Shown here: positions 22,325 through 32,590 of the stretch, one piece after another
Layout of the letters: each line of letters opens with the position of its first letter
How positions within the stretch are numbered: the first letter of the stretch is position 1
Assembly (NCBI RefSeq): GCF_009931435.1
Contig: NZ_CP043414.1
Strand: one strand, 5' to 3'
Length of the DNA stretch: 64,000 nt
Source: Escherichia coli
Lineage (GTDB): Bacteria; Pseudomonadota; Gammaproteobacteria; Enterobacterales; Enterobacteriaceae
Made by a program: the position numbers and the translations under genes
Notes under the pieces: generated by a model
Told to the model about the DNA's origin: nothing
Databases searched by the model: none
Seen by the model: only the letters and a program-made list of their open reading frames with translations

Positions 22325-22471
22325 AATGCCGTCCCTTAAAAATAGTTTAAACCATCAAAAATACATTACTTATTACGAAGTAATGGTAACCAAAGCAGCA
22401 ATAAATAATTTATAAGAATCATGATTAACATTTATAACCCAGTAAGCCTGGCGTGACAATTATCTTAATCA

Positions 22472-22509
22472 GATAATAATAATCCGAAAAGCACAGCACC
22501 TTTCGGATT
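22472..22509 (-). terminator. Hairpin downstream of the hut-like operon (candidate terminator)
   Basis: atccgaaa-N-tttcggat inverted repeat in the AT-rich spacer between the HAL-like gene and the LysR gene. Confidence 0.4.
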
Positions 22510-22594
22510 ATCAGGAATTACATTAAGTGAAAATTATTAAATTGATATCATTTATCATATCTGTGGATATAATGATAAACAATCAACATAGATT

Positions 22595-24265
22595 TTATTT
22601 TTGATTTATAGCATATCCCTCTAAGAATTTTTGCGATGCTTCAATATCCGGGGTAAAGACCCGATCCTGACTGACAAATGGCACGACTTGACGATAAGCG
22701 GTGAACATCGCTTTTGTTGATTTGCCTAACGCCAGCTGTGGATCGGCTTGCAAGCGCAAATCAATCGCCTGGGCAGAATGCATCAGTTCAATGCCATAAA
22801 TGACATTCAAATTATCAACAACCTGTTTCAATCTTCTCGCCGCGTGGTCGTTATTGGCACCCGTATCTTCAATGCCTCCGGCTACCGGTTGAATATCGAA
22901 AGAAACCGGGTTAGCGAGATCGACATTTTCCGCATGCAGCGCAACAAACGGGATATGTAATGAACCGAAGCCATGACCTTTATTACCTGCTGCCGACAGG
23001 AAGCGTGACAAACCGGTAAAGTGATCATCTTCAAGATGCAGCGAGCGGCGCATACTGTTATGTGAAACATGCACTAACGCCACGGTCAGACGCTGGGTGG
23101 CAAGCGCAACCGGTAACGATTCGAAATTCGCCGTCGGGAAGATCCCACCGCTGATTGCCCCATCTTTAACAAAATATTGCGCGACCTGACTGGAGTCCTG
23201 ATACGCTTTGTCTGCATTCAGCACGGTTGCCGGGTTGTCATCGGAACTGTTGATCTGCACGGTAATGGTATCTTCAGCATCGCGCAACGCGCGCATTGCC
23301 TCAGAAATGGTATACACCGTCGTTCTGAACGATAACGGATCCTGCAATGCACGTTTGTCATCCTTATGCCATAAATAAGAACCACTTAACGCATCGCGAA
23401 TCTCTTTAGCGGAATCAGCCAACTGCGGGAAAGGACGCACGGCGATCGACTGCGGCAGTACCGGCGCGACATTGCCATTCAACGCTTCGAGGCTCATGGC
23501 GAAAACCACCGGACTGACATTCAGCACCTGGCGTGCCGACCGTACCGCTTCAATTGCATATGCTGTTCCGACACTGTTGTTCGACAAAATCGCCAGCATA
23601 TCTTTACCCTGCGGGACCAGTGGTTTAAGCCCCACTTTCACCAGCGCATCGCCACCACTCATTTCCACGCCATTAACCCGCGCTTTCCACTCGCCCATCA
23701 TCACCAGACCAACGTGTGAAGCGAGCATAATATCCGCTGCGCCGATACTTCCCCGCGCCGGAATTAACGGCGTAACGCCTCGATTAATAAACTCGGCATA
23801 CAACTCGGCAATATAAGGCTGCGCGCCGGTTTGCCCATGCAACATAGTATTTAAACGTAACACCATTGAGAGACGGGCAAGATAATCCGGCAACATCGGA
23901 CCGACGCCCGCAGAATGGGCGCGCAGCGCGGCAGCATTAAATTTTTTCGATGCGTCAATCACCTCAGGCGTTAAATTTCCTTTGGCATCAAATATGGGCT
24001 GATCTTTATTTAGCCCCACGCCCACGGTTAAGCCATAAACAGGCGTACCTGAATGCGCGGCAGTCATCACCAGATCATAACTTTTTTCCATGCGCTCCAT
24101 GGCGTTCGACGCGATTTTGACGCCGTTATCACCTAATGCAATTGACCAGGCCTGGTCAATAGAGAGATGTTCGCCATCCAGCGTAATGGTTGATTTTGCC
24201 ATCGCGATGGAGCAAACGCTCCAGAGCACAACGGTGACAGTGACTCTGCGTATCAATCCTTTCAT
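22595..24265 (-). CDS. Histidine ammonia-lyase-like protein (aromatic amino acid lyase fold) with N-terminal signal peptide and no Ala-Ser-Gly MIO triad
   Basis: 556 aa; MKGLIRRVTVTVVLWSVCSIAMA|KS signal-like N-terminus; region aligning to the HAL GSxGASGDLAPL motif reads GSIGAADIMLASH. Confidence 0.7.
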   Translation of the reverse strand: MKGLIRRVTVTVVLWSVCSIAMAKSTITLDGEHLSIDQAWSIALGDNGVKIASNAMERMEKSYDLVMTAAHSGTPVYGLTVGVGLNKDQPIFDAKGNLTPEVIDASKKFNAAALRAHSAGVGPMLPDYLARLSMVLRLNTMLHGQTGAQPYIAELYAEFINRGVTPLIPARGSIGAADIMLASHVGLVMMGEWKARVNGVEMSGGDALVKVGLKPLVPQGKDMLAILSNNSVGTAYAIEAVRSARQVLNVSPVVFAMSLEALNGNVAPVLPQSIAVRPFPQLADSAKEIRDALSGSYLWHKDDKRALQDPLSFRTTVYTISEAMRALRDAEDTITVQINSSDDNPATVLNADKAYQDSSQVAQYFVKDGAISGGIFPTANFESLPVALATQRLTVALVHVSHNSMRRSLHLEDDHFTGLSRFLSAAGNKGHGFGSLHIPFVALHAENVDLANPVSFDIQPVAGGIEDTGANNDHAARRLKQVVDNLNVIYGIELMHSAQAIDLRLQADPQLALGKSTKAMFTAYRQVVPFVSQDRVFTPDIEASQKFLEGYAINQK

Positions 24266-24315
24266 TGTGTTTCCTTATTTTGATGAGTTTAACAACGGAT
24301 TACTGCAACAACCTC

Positions 24316-25266
24316 TTAATTTGTTTTATCTGTTTTTCCTCGACGGACAATAGTGGCAGCCAGGCGAGCGGCAACCTTCGCGGTCAAATTATCGCGGTCC
24401 AAATCTGGGTTCAGTTCGGCAATATCCGCAGCAATCAACTTCTCGCTACCGGCAATTAAATTCACAATAGCCTCAGCAATATTTAATGGCACGCCTAACG
24501 GCGAAGGCGCAGAAACGCCAGGAGCCTGATAACCCGGTAAGACATCAAGACAAATCGTTAAATAAATGGCGTCACACGCCTGAATATCTGCCGAGAGCGC
24601 ATTAACAATCTCATGCAAACCACGTTCAAATTGCAGAGATTCATCCAGCCAATAACGCACACCAGGACAATCAGCACGATCAAATAACGCCTGAGTGTTG
24701 GCATAACGGCTTATTCCCAGCACGCGATAATGAAACGGTTTGCCATGCTGCGCATTCCACTCCTGCATCTGCCGAAACGGCGTACCCGAATTGGCCTTTT
24801 CCGCCATCCGCAAATCAAAATGCGCGTCAAGGTTGACTATCAGCAGTCGCCGAATATCCGGACGCGACTGCATAATCCCCTGAAATGTTCCCCATGCCAC
24901 TTCATGACCGCCGCCCAGAACGACCGGCAAACTGCCGCGCGCAATTGCCATAGCCACGTTTTCCGCCAGACGGTTTTGTGCGGGTTCCAGCGCGTGGTCT
25001 TCGCTTTGCACGTCACCCATGTCAAAAATAGCGCCTTCATGGAGCACTGGCATATTGCCCAACATGCTGCGTAATGCGCCCGGTCCGCCTGCTGCGCCCG
25101 CTCGCCCACCGTTACGTTGCACCCCGTCATCGACGGCAAAACCAATCAGCGTACTGCCTCCATGACTTTGTTCGGTAAACGGTTTTACATGCTGATGCCA
25201 GCGGGTGCTGACGCCAGTTTCCTGCGAGTCAACACGTCCACTCCATGCCATAAATGTTTGCTTCAT
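24316..25266 (-). CDS. hutG: Formimidoylglutamase (arginase-family HutG)
   Basis: Arginase/ureohydrolase-like ORF; start placed at MKQTFMAWSG so the ATG overlaps the hutI stop. Confidence 0.75.
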   Translation of the reverse strand: MKQTFMAWSGRVDSQETGVSTRWHQHVKPFTEQSHGGSTLIGFAVDDGVQRNGGRAGAAGGPGALRSMLGNMPVLHEGAIFDMGDVQSEDHALEPAQNRLAENVAMAIARGSLPVVLGGGHEVAWGTFQGIMQSRPDIRRLLIVNLDAHFDLRMAEKANSGTPFRQMQEWNAQHGKPFHYRVLGISRYANTQALFDRADCPGVRYWLDESLQFERGLHEIVNALSADIQACDAIYLTICLDVLPGYQAPGVSAPSPLGVPLNIAEAIVNLIAGSEKLIAADIAELNPDLDRDNLTAKVAARLAATIVRRGKTDKTN

Positions 25267-26477
25267 TACCAACTCCTTTTTCCGCCGACAATCAGCCCCA
25301 GACAAGGCTGATGTCCAAACCAGTAAGCCAGCTCACGCGGATGATTAAGATCCCAAACAGCCATATCCGCCCGTAGTCCCGGCGCAAGTTCACCCCGATC
25401 AACAAGTCCAAGCGCTTTTGCCGCATGACGTGTAACGCCCTGAACGGCTTCCAGCGGGGTCATGTGAAACAGCGTACAGGCCATATTGATCATCAACTGC
25501 AATGACATGTTGGGAGACGTTCCGGGGTTATGATCCGTGGAGATGGCAATCGGCACACCTGCGGCCCGCAGAGCGACAATCGGCGGCAGATGGGTTTCGC
25601 GCAGGAAGTAATAAGCACCGGGAAGCAAAACCGCCACTGTTCCAGCCGCTTTCATGGCGGCGATCCCCGACTCGCTCAGGTACTCCAGATGATCGCAGGA
25701 GAGTGCAGAAAACGCCGCTGCCAGCGCCGCGCCTTGCTGGTCAGAAAGCTGTTCGGCATGCAGTTTTACAGGTAATCCATAGCTTTGCGCTTTACTGAAA
25801 ACGCGCCGTACCTGCTCTGGAGTAAAGGCGATGTTTTCACAAAAAGCATCAACTGCATCAATCAGCCCCTGTTCATGCAACACGCACATCCAGTCGCAAA
25901 GCGCCGTAATGTAATCATCACTGCGCCCGGCAAACTCTGGCGGCAGGCTGTGCGCCCCGAGAAACGTAGACTGAATATGTAACCCGGTAGATTGCTGCAA
26001 GCGGCGGATCACGCGTAAACAACGCGCTTCATCTTCCAGCGTTAAGCCATAACCCGATTTGATTTCAAGCGTACTGACGCCTTCACGTTGCCAGTTTCGC
26101 AGTCGCTGCGCCGCCAGTTCAAACAGCTGTGTTTCGCTGGCTGCCCGCGTGGCATTAACCGTAGATAAGATCCCGCCGCCCGCTCTGGCGATATCTTCAT
26201 AAGCCACGCCTTGCAACCGCATCTCAAACTCGTTCGCCCTCTGGCCGCCATACACCAGATGTGTATGACAATCTACCAGACCGGGTGTCAGCAACTTACC
26301 CTGTAGATCGTGTTCTTCTGTAATATCAGCCGTCAGTTCACGGGGGATCTGCGTGGCCTTCCCAAGCCAGACAATCGAGTCACCGCGGCTGATTAATGCA
26401 CCGTTTTCAATCACCCCCCAATCATTAGCCGAAAGCGTCGTCAGGGTGGTATTTCGCCAGAGCGTAAATGCACTCAT
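25266..26477 (-). CDS. hutI: Imidazolonepropionase
   Basis: Amidohydrolase ORF with DCHTHLVYGG metal-binding motif; start at MSAFTLW overlapping the hutD stop. Confidence 0.85.
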   Translation of the reverse strand: MSAFTLWRNTTLTTLSANDWGVIENGALISRGDSIVWLGKATQIPRELTADITEEHDLQGKLLTPGLVDCHTHLVYGGQRANEFEMRLQGVAYEDIARAGGGILSTVNATRAASETQLFELAAQRLRNWQREGVSTLEIKSGYGLTLEDEARCLRVIRRLQQSTGLHIQSTFLGAHSLPPEFAGRSDDYITALCDWMCVLHEQGLIDAVDAFCENIAFTPEQVRRVFSKAQSYGLPVKLHAEQLSDQQGAALAAAFSALSCDHLEYLSESGIAAMKAAGTVAVLLPGAYYFLRETHLPPIVALRAAGVPIAISTDHNPGTSPNMSLQLMINMACTLFHMTPLEAVQGVTRHAAKALGLVDRGELAPGLRADMAVWDLNHPRELAYWFGHQPCLGLIVGGKRSW

Positions 26478-27064
26478 AAGGATTTTTCCCCTCGTAGATA
26501 ATAAATCCACCAACCCGCCAGCTCGCCGACGGAGACTTTTTGCTGTGGTACGAAACGCCAGGAGTTGCCATCAGGCGCAAACCGCCATAACAACGTATTC
26601 GCCGTTACAAACACCCTGTTCTCGCCGCTTATCCACTCCCCTTCACACAGCGTGAACAGCCCCGCTTGCGCATGCGCCGGAGGGAGCCAGTCAATGACGC
26701 TTTGCACACGACGCATCCCCGCATCGCCTTCCCGCGCCATAATATTCAGATCGCGAACCCCGCCGCCCAGCAGCTGACAATCAGGCATTGCTTCTCCAGG
26801 GAAAATTAAGGCGGGATCGTGACGTTGCAGGTTGATGATCGAATCGGCAAACGTTAGCTTCACCCCTTCCCCGTCGAGGATCGCGAGGCCACGAACCACG
26901 CCAGGCCACGCTGAAAAAGGGCCATCCTGACTGACATTCGCCATACTGATGCGCAACAACCAGTTTTCATCATCGGGCCAGGCAAGCAGCTGTCGGGTAA
27001 ACCCCCCGCCGTTGCGCCACGGTTGCAGCGGCTTATCCATTGCAGAAATCAGCATCGGTTCCAT
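26474..27064 (-). CDS. hutD: HutD-family protein
   Basis: 196-aa ORF (..PWRNGGGFTRQL..) resembling HutD; embedded in the hut cluster. Confidence 0.65.
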   Translation of the reverse strand: MEPMLISAMDKPLQPWRNGGGFTRQLLAWPDDENWLLRISMANVSQDGPFSAWPGVVRGLAILDGEGVKLTFADSIINLQRHDPALIFPGEAMPDCQLLGGGVRDLNIMAREGDAGMRRVQSVIDWLPPAHAQAGLFTLCEGEWISGENRVFVTANTLLWRFAPDGNSWRFVPQQKVSVGELAGWWIYYLRGEKSL

Positions 27065-27065
27065 A

Positions 27066-28475
27066 TTAAGACTCGGGATAAATCGTATAAGCAGGAACGC
27101 AGGTGGTGCGTTTGGCCCACGGGTAATAGATAACGGCGGTAATTAACAAGCCGACAATCCAGGAGATATCCGCCCCATCCATCAGGACAGAAATGGGTCC
27201 CTGATACAGTTTTTGATTCAGGAAGGGGATCTGCACCAACACGCCTACGCCATAGCACGTCAAAGCGGTTTTGTTATACGCGCCATAACGCCCTTCCGGG
27301 GTATAAAGCGCTGGAATATCGGTTTTACCTTGTGAGATGAAGTAATAATCGATGAGATTAATGGCACTCCACGGAACAAATACCGTCAACAGTAGCAGAA
27401 CGAAGTTTTTGAAATTATTCAAAAAATCTGCGCTTGCCGCCAGCGCGACGACCATCGACAACAGCACGAACCCTACAACGTAGGCAGCACGAACACGCTG
27501 TGAAACCTGACTGCGATCATTAAAGGCGCTGACGGTCGCCAGAATCGACATAAAGCCACCGTAGGCATTCAAACAGTTCACCGTCAGTTTGCCGCAAACA
27601 ATCACCATATAAATCAGAATGGCGAAGGTGGGTCCGGCTAACTCGCCCATAAAACCAACCTGATCCTTCAGGAAGTTAGCACCACAGGCCGCAACAAGTA
27701 CGCCAAACGTCATGGCACATTGCGCACCAAGCGTGGTTCCCAGAAAGGTGGCAAAGAAGATTGATTTTGCTGGCGTATCAGAGGGTAAATAGCGGGAATA
27801 ATCAGAGGCGTAAGGGGCAAACGTTAATTGCCATCCGGCAGAGAGAGCAATCGTTAATAAAAAGACCGACAGACTAAATGGCTTTTGACCAAATGCCGCA
27901 GCCACATCGTAGTGACCGCTAAGTTGAGTGGCCAGGTAAATAAACCCCAGAATACTTAATATCCCTGCAACACGGCCAACGACGTGAATTAGTTTATAAC
28001 CGACCAATGCGATCATCGCGGTCAGCATGCCGAAAATAATAATTCCGGTCGATGCCGATTCGAAACCAAATATCCGGTTAATCGCCTGACCGGATAATAC
28101 TGTACCCGTCGCGGCAAATCCAAGGTACATAATAATCACCATCAGTAACGGTAGCGCCGCTCCTTTAACGCCAAAGCGGATACGACTGGAGATCATCTGG
28201 GGTAATCCCAGCTTTGCCCCCTGCGACGAGTGCAATGCCATTACTGCACCACCAATAATATTACCGATTAATAAACCAATTATTGCTGACATAGCTTCGG
28301 AGCCAAAAATAATCGCTAACGCGCCGTCCACCACTGCGGTAATTTGTAAGTTAGCACTTAGCCATAAAGTAAACTGACTAGATGGCGCGCCGTGGCGAGC
28401 AGACTCAGGAACGGCGTTAATCGTATTTGATTCTAATACTGGCTTTTTACTGCGGATAGGGCTGCTTGATTCCAT
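27066..28475 (-). CDS. NCS1-family (cytosine/purine/uracil/allantoin-type) permease; candidate histidine/urocanate/imidazole-compound importer
   Basis: Polytopic membrane ORF; start set at MESSSP with AGGAGA RBS (track ORF starts at 28520). Confidence 0.7.
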   Translation of the reverse strand: MESSSPIRSKKPVLESNTINAVPESARHGAPSSQFTLWLSANLQITAVVDGALAIIFGSEAMSAIIGLLIGNIIGGAVMALHSSQGAKLGLPQMISSRIRFGVKGAALPLLMVIIMYLGFAATGTVLSGQAINRIFGFESASTGIIIFGMLTAMIALVGYKLIHVVGRVAGILSILGFIYLATQLSGHYDVAAAFGQKPFSLSVFLLTIALSAGWQLTFAPYASDYSRYLPSDTPAKSIFFATFLGTTLGAQCAMTFGVLVAACGANFLKDQVGFMGELAGPTFAILIYMVIVCGKLTVNCLNAYGGFMSILATVSAFNDRSQVSQRVRAAYVVGFVLLSMVVALAASADFLNNFKNFVLLLLTVFVPWSAINLIDYYFISQGKTDIPALYTPEGRYGAYNKTALTCYGVGVLVQIPFLNQKLYQGPISVLMDGADISWIVGLLITAVIYYPWAKRTTCVPAYTIYPES

Positions 28476-28638
28476 GAAAAAGTCTCCTGCAAAATGAGAG
28501 GTCATTTTTTGAAACAGCAATAGAGGGTCGGGAGATATTTTTCTCGACGATGTAAAAATATTTTTTGATAATTATTGTTATACAGGCGAATTATTCTCCG
28601 CCTGTATTAGCGCAAATATTAAATGACGGCGTTAATAT

Positions 28639-30336
28639 TTAGCGAATCATCGGTAATTTCAGACCATAGTTTTTGGCACATTCAATTGCCGCTTCATAAC
28701 CCGCATCCGCATGACGCATAACCCCGGACGCACAGTCATTCACCAGCACACGCGCCAGACGTTTTTCGGCTTCTTCGCTACCATCGGCAACAATAACCAT
28801 CCCGGCGTGTTGTGAATACCCCATCCCGACGCCGCCGCCATGATGCAGGGATACCCACGTTGCTCCCCCTGCAGTGTTGAGCAAACCGTTGAGCAACGGC
28901 CAGTCAGAAACCGCATCACTGCCATCAAGCATGCTTTCGGTTTCGCGGTTCGGGCTGGCGACAGAACCGGTATCAAGATGATCGCGCCCAATCACAATCG
29001 GTGCTTTTAGTTCACCGTTGCGCACCATTTCGTTGAATGCCAGCCCCGCCAGGTGACGCTCACCAAGCCCCAGCCAGCAAATACGTGAAGGAAGTCCCTG
29101 GAAGGCAATGCGCTCGCGCGCCATATCCAGCCAGCGATGCGTCAGTACGTTATTGGGGAACAACTCTTTAATTTTGGCATCGGTTTTATAGATATCTTCC
29201 GGGTCGCCAGACAGCGCCACCCAACGGAATGGACCTTTGCCTTCACAAAACATTGGACGAATATAAGCCGGAACAAAGCCCGGGAAATCAAAGGCATTTT
29301 GCAGACCTTCGTTGAAGGCCACCTGGCGGATGTTGTTGCCATAATCGACAACCGGGATCCCCATCGCCTGGAAGTCCAGCATCCCCTGAACATGTGCGAC
29401 GCAGCTCTGTGCCGCTTCTTTTTGCAATCTGGCGTGTTGCTGTGGATCCTGCTGTGCAGCGCGCCATTGTTCTACGCTCCAGCCCATCGGTAGGTAGCCA
29501 TAAACCAGATCGTGAGCGGAAGTCTGGTCGGTTACCAGATCCGGCTTAATCGCCCCCTGATGCGCACGTTTCACCAGCTCAGGAACAATTTCCGCCGCAT
29601 TGCCCAACAGCGCGATTGAAACAGCGTCTTTGCGCTCGGTATGGTATTTAATCAGCGCCAGTGCATCATCAAGATCTTTCGCTTGTTTATCGACATAACG
29701 GGTACGCAGTCGGAAGTCGATGCTACTTTGCTGGCACTCGATATTTAATGAGCACGCCCCCGCCAGAGTCGCCGCCAGCGGTTGTGCGCCACCCATACCA
29801 CCGAGCCCCGCGGTCAGGATCCATTTTCCACTCAGCGAATTGTTGTAGTGCTGACGACCCGCTTCAACAAAGGTTTCGAACGTTCCCTGCACAATGCCCT
29901 GACTACCGATGTAGATCCACGAGCCAGCGGTCATCTGGCCGTACATGAACAGACCTTTACGATCCAGTTCATTGAAATGATCCCAGTTGGCCCATTGCGG
30001 TACCAGGTTAGAGTTGGCAATCAATACGCGCGGCGCATCGGTATGCGTTTTAAACACGCCTACGGGTTTACCGGACTGAACCAGCAGTGACTCATCAGCT
30101 TCCAGATTTTTCAGTGATTCAAGGATCTTGTCAAAACACTCCCAGTTACGTGCCGCACGACCAATACCACCATACACCACCAGATGCTGTGGATTTTCGG
30201 CAACGTCGGGATCAAGGTTGTTCTGCAACATCCGGTAGGCTGCTTCAATTTGCCAGTTTTTGCAGTGCAGCTGCGTACCGTGTGGCGCATGGATTACACG
30301 GCTGGTATCAATACGCGGGTCTGAAGGCTTACTCAT
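28639..30336 (-). CDS. hutU: Urocanate hydratase (urocanase)
   Basis: About 565 aa from [47 protein letters not shown]; AGGAGA RBS upstream; the track ORF extends to 30435. Confidence 0.9.
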   Translation of the reverse strand: MSKPSDPRIDTSRVIHAPHGTQLHCKNWQIEAAYRMLQNNLDPDVAENPQHLVVYGGIGRAARNWECFDKILESLKNLEADESLLVQSGKPVGVFKTHTDAPRVLIANSNLVPQWANWDHFNELDRKGLFMYGQMTAGSWIYIGSQGIVQGTFETFVEAGRQHYNNSLSGKWILTAGLGGMGGAQPLAATLAGACSLNIECQQSSIDFRLRTRYVDKQAKDLDDALALIKYHTERKDAVSIALLGNAAEIVPELVKRAHQGAIKPDLVTDQTSAHDLVYGYLPMGWSVEQWRAAQQDPQQHARLQKEAAQSCVAHVQGMLDFQAMGIPVVDYGNNIRQVAFNEGLQNAFDFPGFVPAYIRPMFCEGKGPFRWVALSGDPEDIYKTDAKIKELFPNNVLTHRWLDMARERIAFQGLPSRICWLGLGERHLAGLAFNEMVRNGELKAPIVIGRDHLDTGSVASPNRETESMLDGSDAVSDWPLLNGLLNTAGGATWVSLHHGGGVGMGYSQHAGMVIVADGSEEAEKRLARVLVNDCASGVMRHADAGYEAAIECAKNYGLKLPMIR

Positions 30337-30454
30337 GAATCTTCTCCTGTTACTTGATAAAATTAAACGCTGTAATCGGTCAGAAAAAACGAACGAATGA
30401 ATATAGAAACGGTTTCTATAATTCCCGTTTATCATTTTGTATTATTAATTCATT

Positions 30455-30487
30455 TAGTGAATATTGTTTGTCTTGGTATATTCACTA
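30455..30487. promoter_or_regulatory. Perfect 10-bp inverted repeat (TAGTGAATAT-N13-ATATTCACTA) in the hutU leader; candidate operator
   Basis: Seen directly, 20-50 bp upstream of the hutU start, in the divergent hutU / rtcB-like intergenic region. Confidence 0.4.
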
Positions 30488-31093
30488 TGAATATAAATTC
30501 AAAACCACCAACGCGTTGTATGCGAATTCAATATGCTTAATTTAACTTGTCGAAAAAGTGATATTGTTGGCAAAATATTTTCTAATTTGAACATATGAAT
30601 ATGATGAGATTGCAAGATGTCAGTAATTTAATTATCTAAGAAATGCGTTAATAACGACCAGATATTAGCGTAACAACAGGTGTTCCGACACCACACAGTG
30701 CGCATAACACAATGATATTTAAAATAAGATCTTCATTATTCGTCATAAAGACATGTTTTATTATCATTAATAATCCATTTGTTTTCATCCCACTTTTGAT
30801 AATTAAAAAACGGCAACAATGGCTAGTTACCCGACGTAAAAATAGGCGTAAAAATAAATCTTAAAATATATCCACTGGAAATTATCATTTTTCATATTTT
30901 ACAATCTGGCGTCGATAACTTACCCCTTTTATAACACCCCCGTTTGTTAATAGTCTTTTTTATCTTGTATTGATCGTCATTGCTGCATACACTACGCGCG
31001 TTTTCTTTCCCTTTTGCTGGCTGCTGACCGGAAAGACAAAATTACCCTCGCAATACAGGGGGTTGATTAACGTCTATATTTCAGGACAGCGTT

Positions 31094-32492
31094 ATGCATC
31101 ATCTTTCAAGGCTTGATAAAGCCTTTCTGCGCAAAGGGATCCAACTTTCCCGCGCCAACAATATTGTTTCATTATGTCGTCCATCAGGAGCCAGTGCCCG
31201 CGTACTGCTGCCGGACGAACTGCCGCTGGAAGAAAAAGCAGTGACACAACTGCTTGATTTTGCAGAAGTGAAGATACCAGGCCATCCAGGTTACGTACGC
31301 CAGACGTGCGCGACGCCAGATTTTCATCCCGGCAATGGCGTCCCCGTTGGCGCGGTGGTGGCCTCAACGCCGGATTTAGTCATTCCCGCCGCCATCGGCA
31401 CCGATATTTCTTGTGGCATGCGGCTGCTGACGACCGGATTAACCCTTGAGCAAGCCGAAGCGAATAAAGAAATAATCACTCAGCGGTTAACACAAGTGTT
31501 ACTGCAGAATGAGCGCGATGTTCCGTTATCCGCACGAGCGTTCACCGCGCTTTTTGATGGCGGACCGGCAGATTGCATGTCGGCCTTGCCATCAGCAGGT
31601 CTCTGGACACGTACAAATATCCCCCGGATGACGCAAGAGATTGACCGCTGCATTGGGCTTAACGAGCATAACAGTCATTCGCGTTATGCCCCCACCTGCC
31701 CTGCTGGCAACGGACCGCGCATTACTCCGCGATCCTTGTCTTGGTACGCCGGGTTCAGGTAATCATTTTATTGAACTTCAGGTCGTTGATAGCGTGGTTG
31801 ATCGCCATGTAGCCTGGCAACAAGGGCTGAAAACAGGCGATATTGTGGTGATGATCCACAGTGGATCGCGAGATGTTGGCTTTTACGTCGGAAGACGCTG
31901 GATGGATCGCGCCCGTGCTGAATGGCCCACCGGACATAAACATCCACAAAGCGGGTTATATGGTCTGGCAGGCGGACTGGCGGAGGAATATCTACAAGCG
32001 ATAGGAATGGCGGCGCGTTACGCGTGGTTAAATCGCGTGACAATTGCCGAAATGGTGCGCGTATGTCTTGCCAATCTCTTTCATCAGGACAATTCGCATC
32101 TGGTGGTGGATGTGCCACATAACATCATCCTTCGCGAGCATGAAATGAATATTCATCGCAAAGGCGCAACACCGGCACGAGTGGGCAATCTGGCGTTAAT
32201 CCCCGGTTCAATGGGCGATTATTCGTGGCTTGCGGTTGGTTGCGGCAACCCGGAGTGGCTGTGGTCATGCAGTCACGGAGCAGGACGCAGCCAGCGTCGG
32301 CAGGCCATGCGCTCACGCGCGACTGAAGAGTCAACGCTGCCGTGGCAATGCGTCACATTGCGCGAAGAACGACGTCTTGAAGAAGCGCCAGCGGCTTATA
32401 AAGATATTGGTCCGGTTATCGAAGCCCAACAAGAAGCCGGATTAATTCAGCCTGTGGTCAGATTTCGACCGTGGTTAACGTTTAAGGCATAA
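31094..32492 (+). pseudogene. RtcB-family RNA ligase-like gene split by a frameshift (or a sequencing error) near 31690
   Basis: Two overlapping ORFs in different frames (31094..31762 and 31641..32492) carry RtcB-like motifs (DISCGMRLL; GSGNHFIELQ; CSHGAGRS); C5 run at 31688-31692. Confidence 0.6.
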
Positions 32493-32493
32493 A

Positions 32494-32590
32494 AAAGGCC
32501 ATCATACGATGGCCAACCATGTCGAAACCGACAGCCCTTCGCCATTCCTGTAGAGGGAAGCGGCGAGGGCTATTTCTTATTACAGATATT
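32494..32590 (-). ncRNA. sdhX: sucD 3' UTR with intrinsic terminator; position corresponds to the 3'UTR-derived sRNA SdhX (RybD)
   Basis: ggccatc-atac-gatggcc hairpin followed by a T-run on the - strand right after the sucD stop; the sRNA identity is by position only. Confidence 0.4.
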
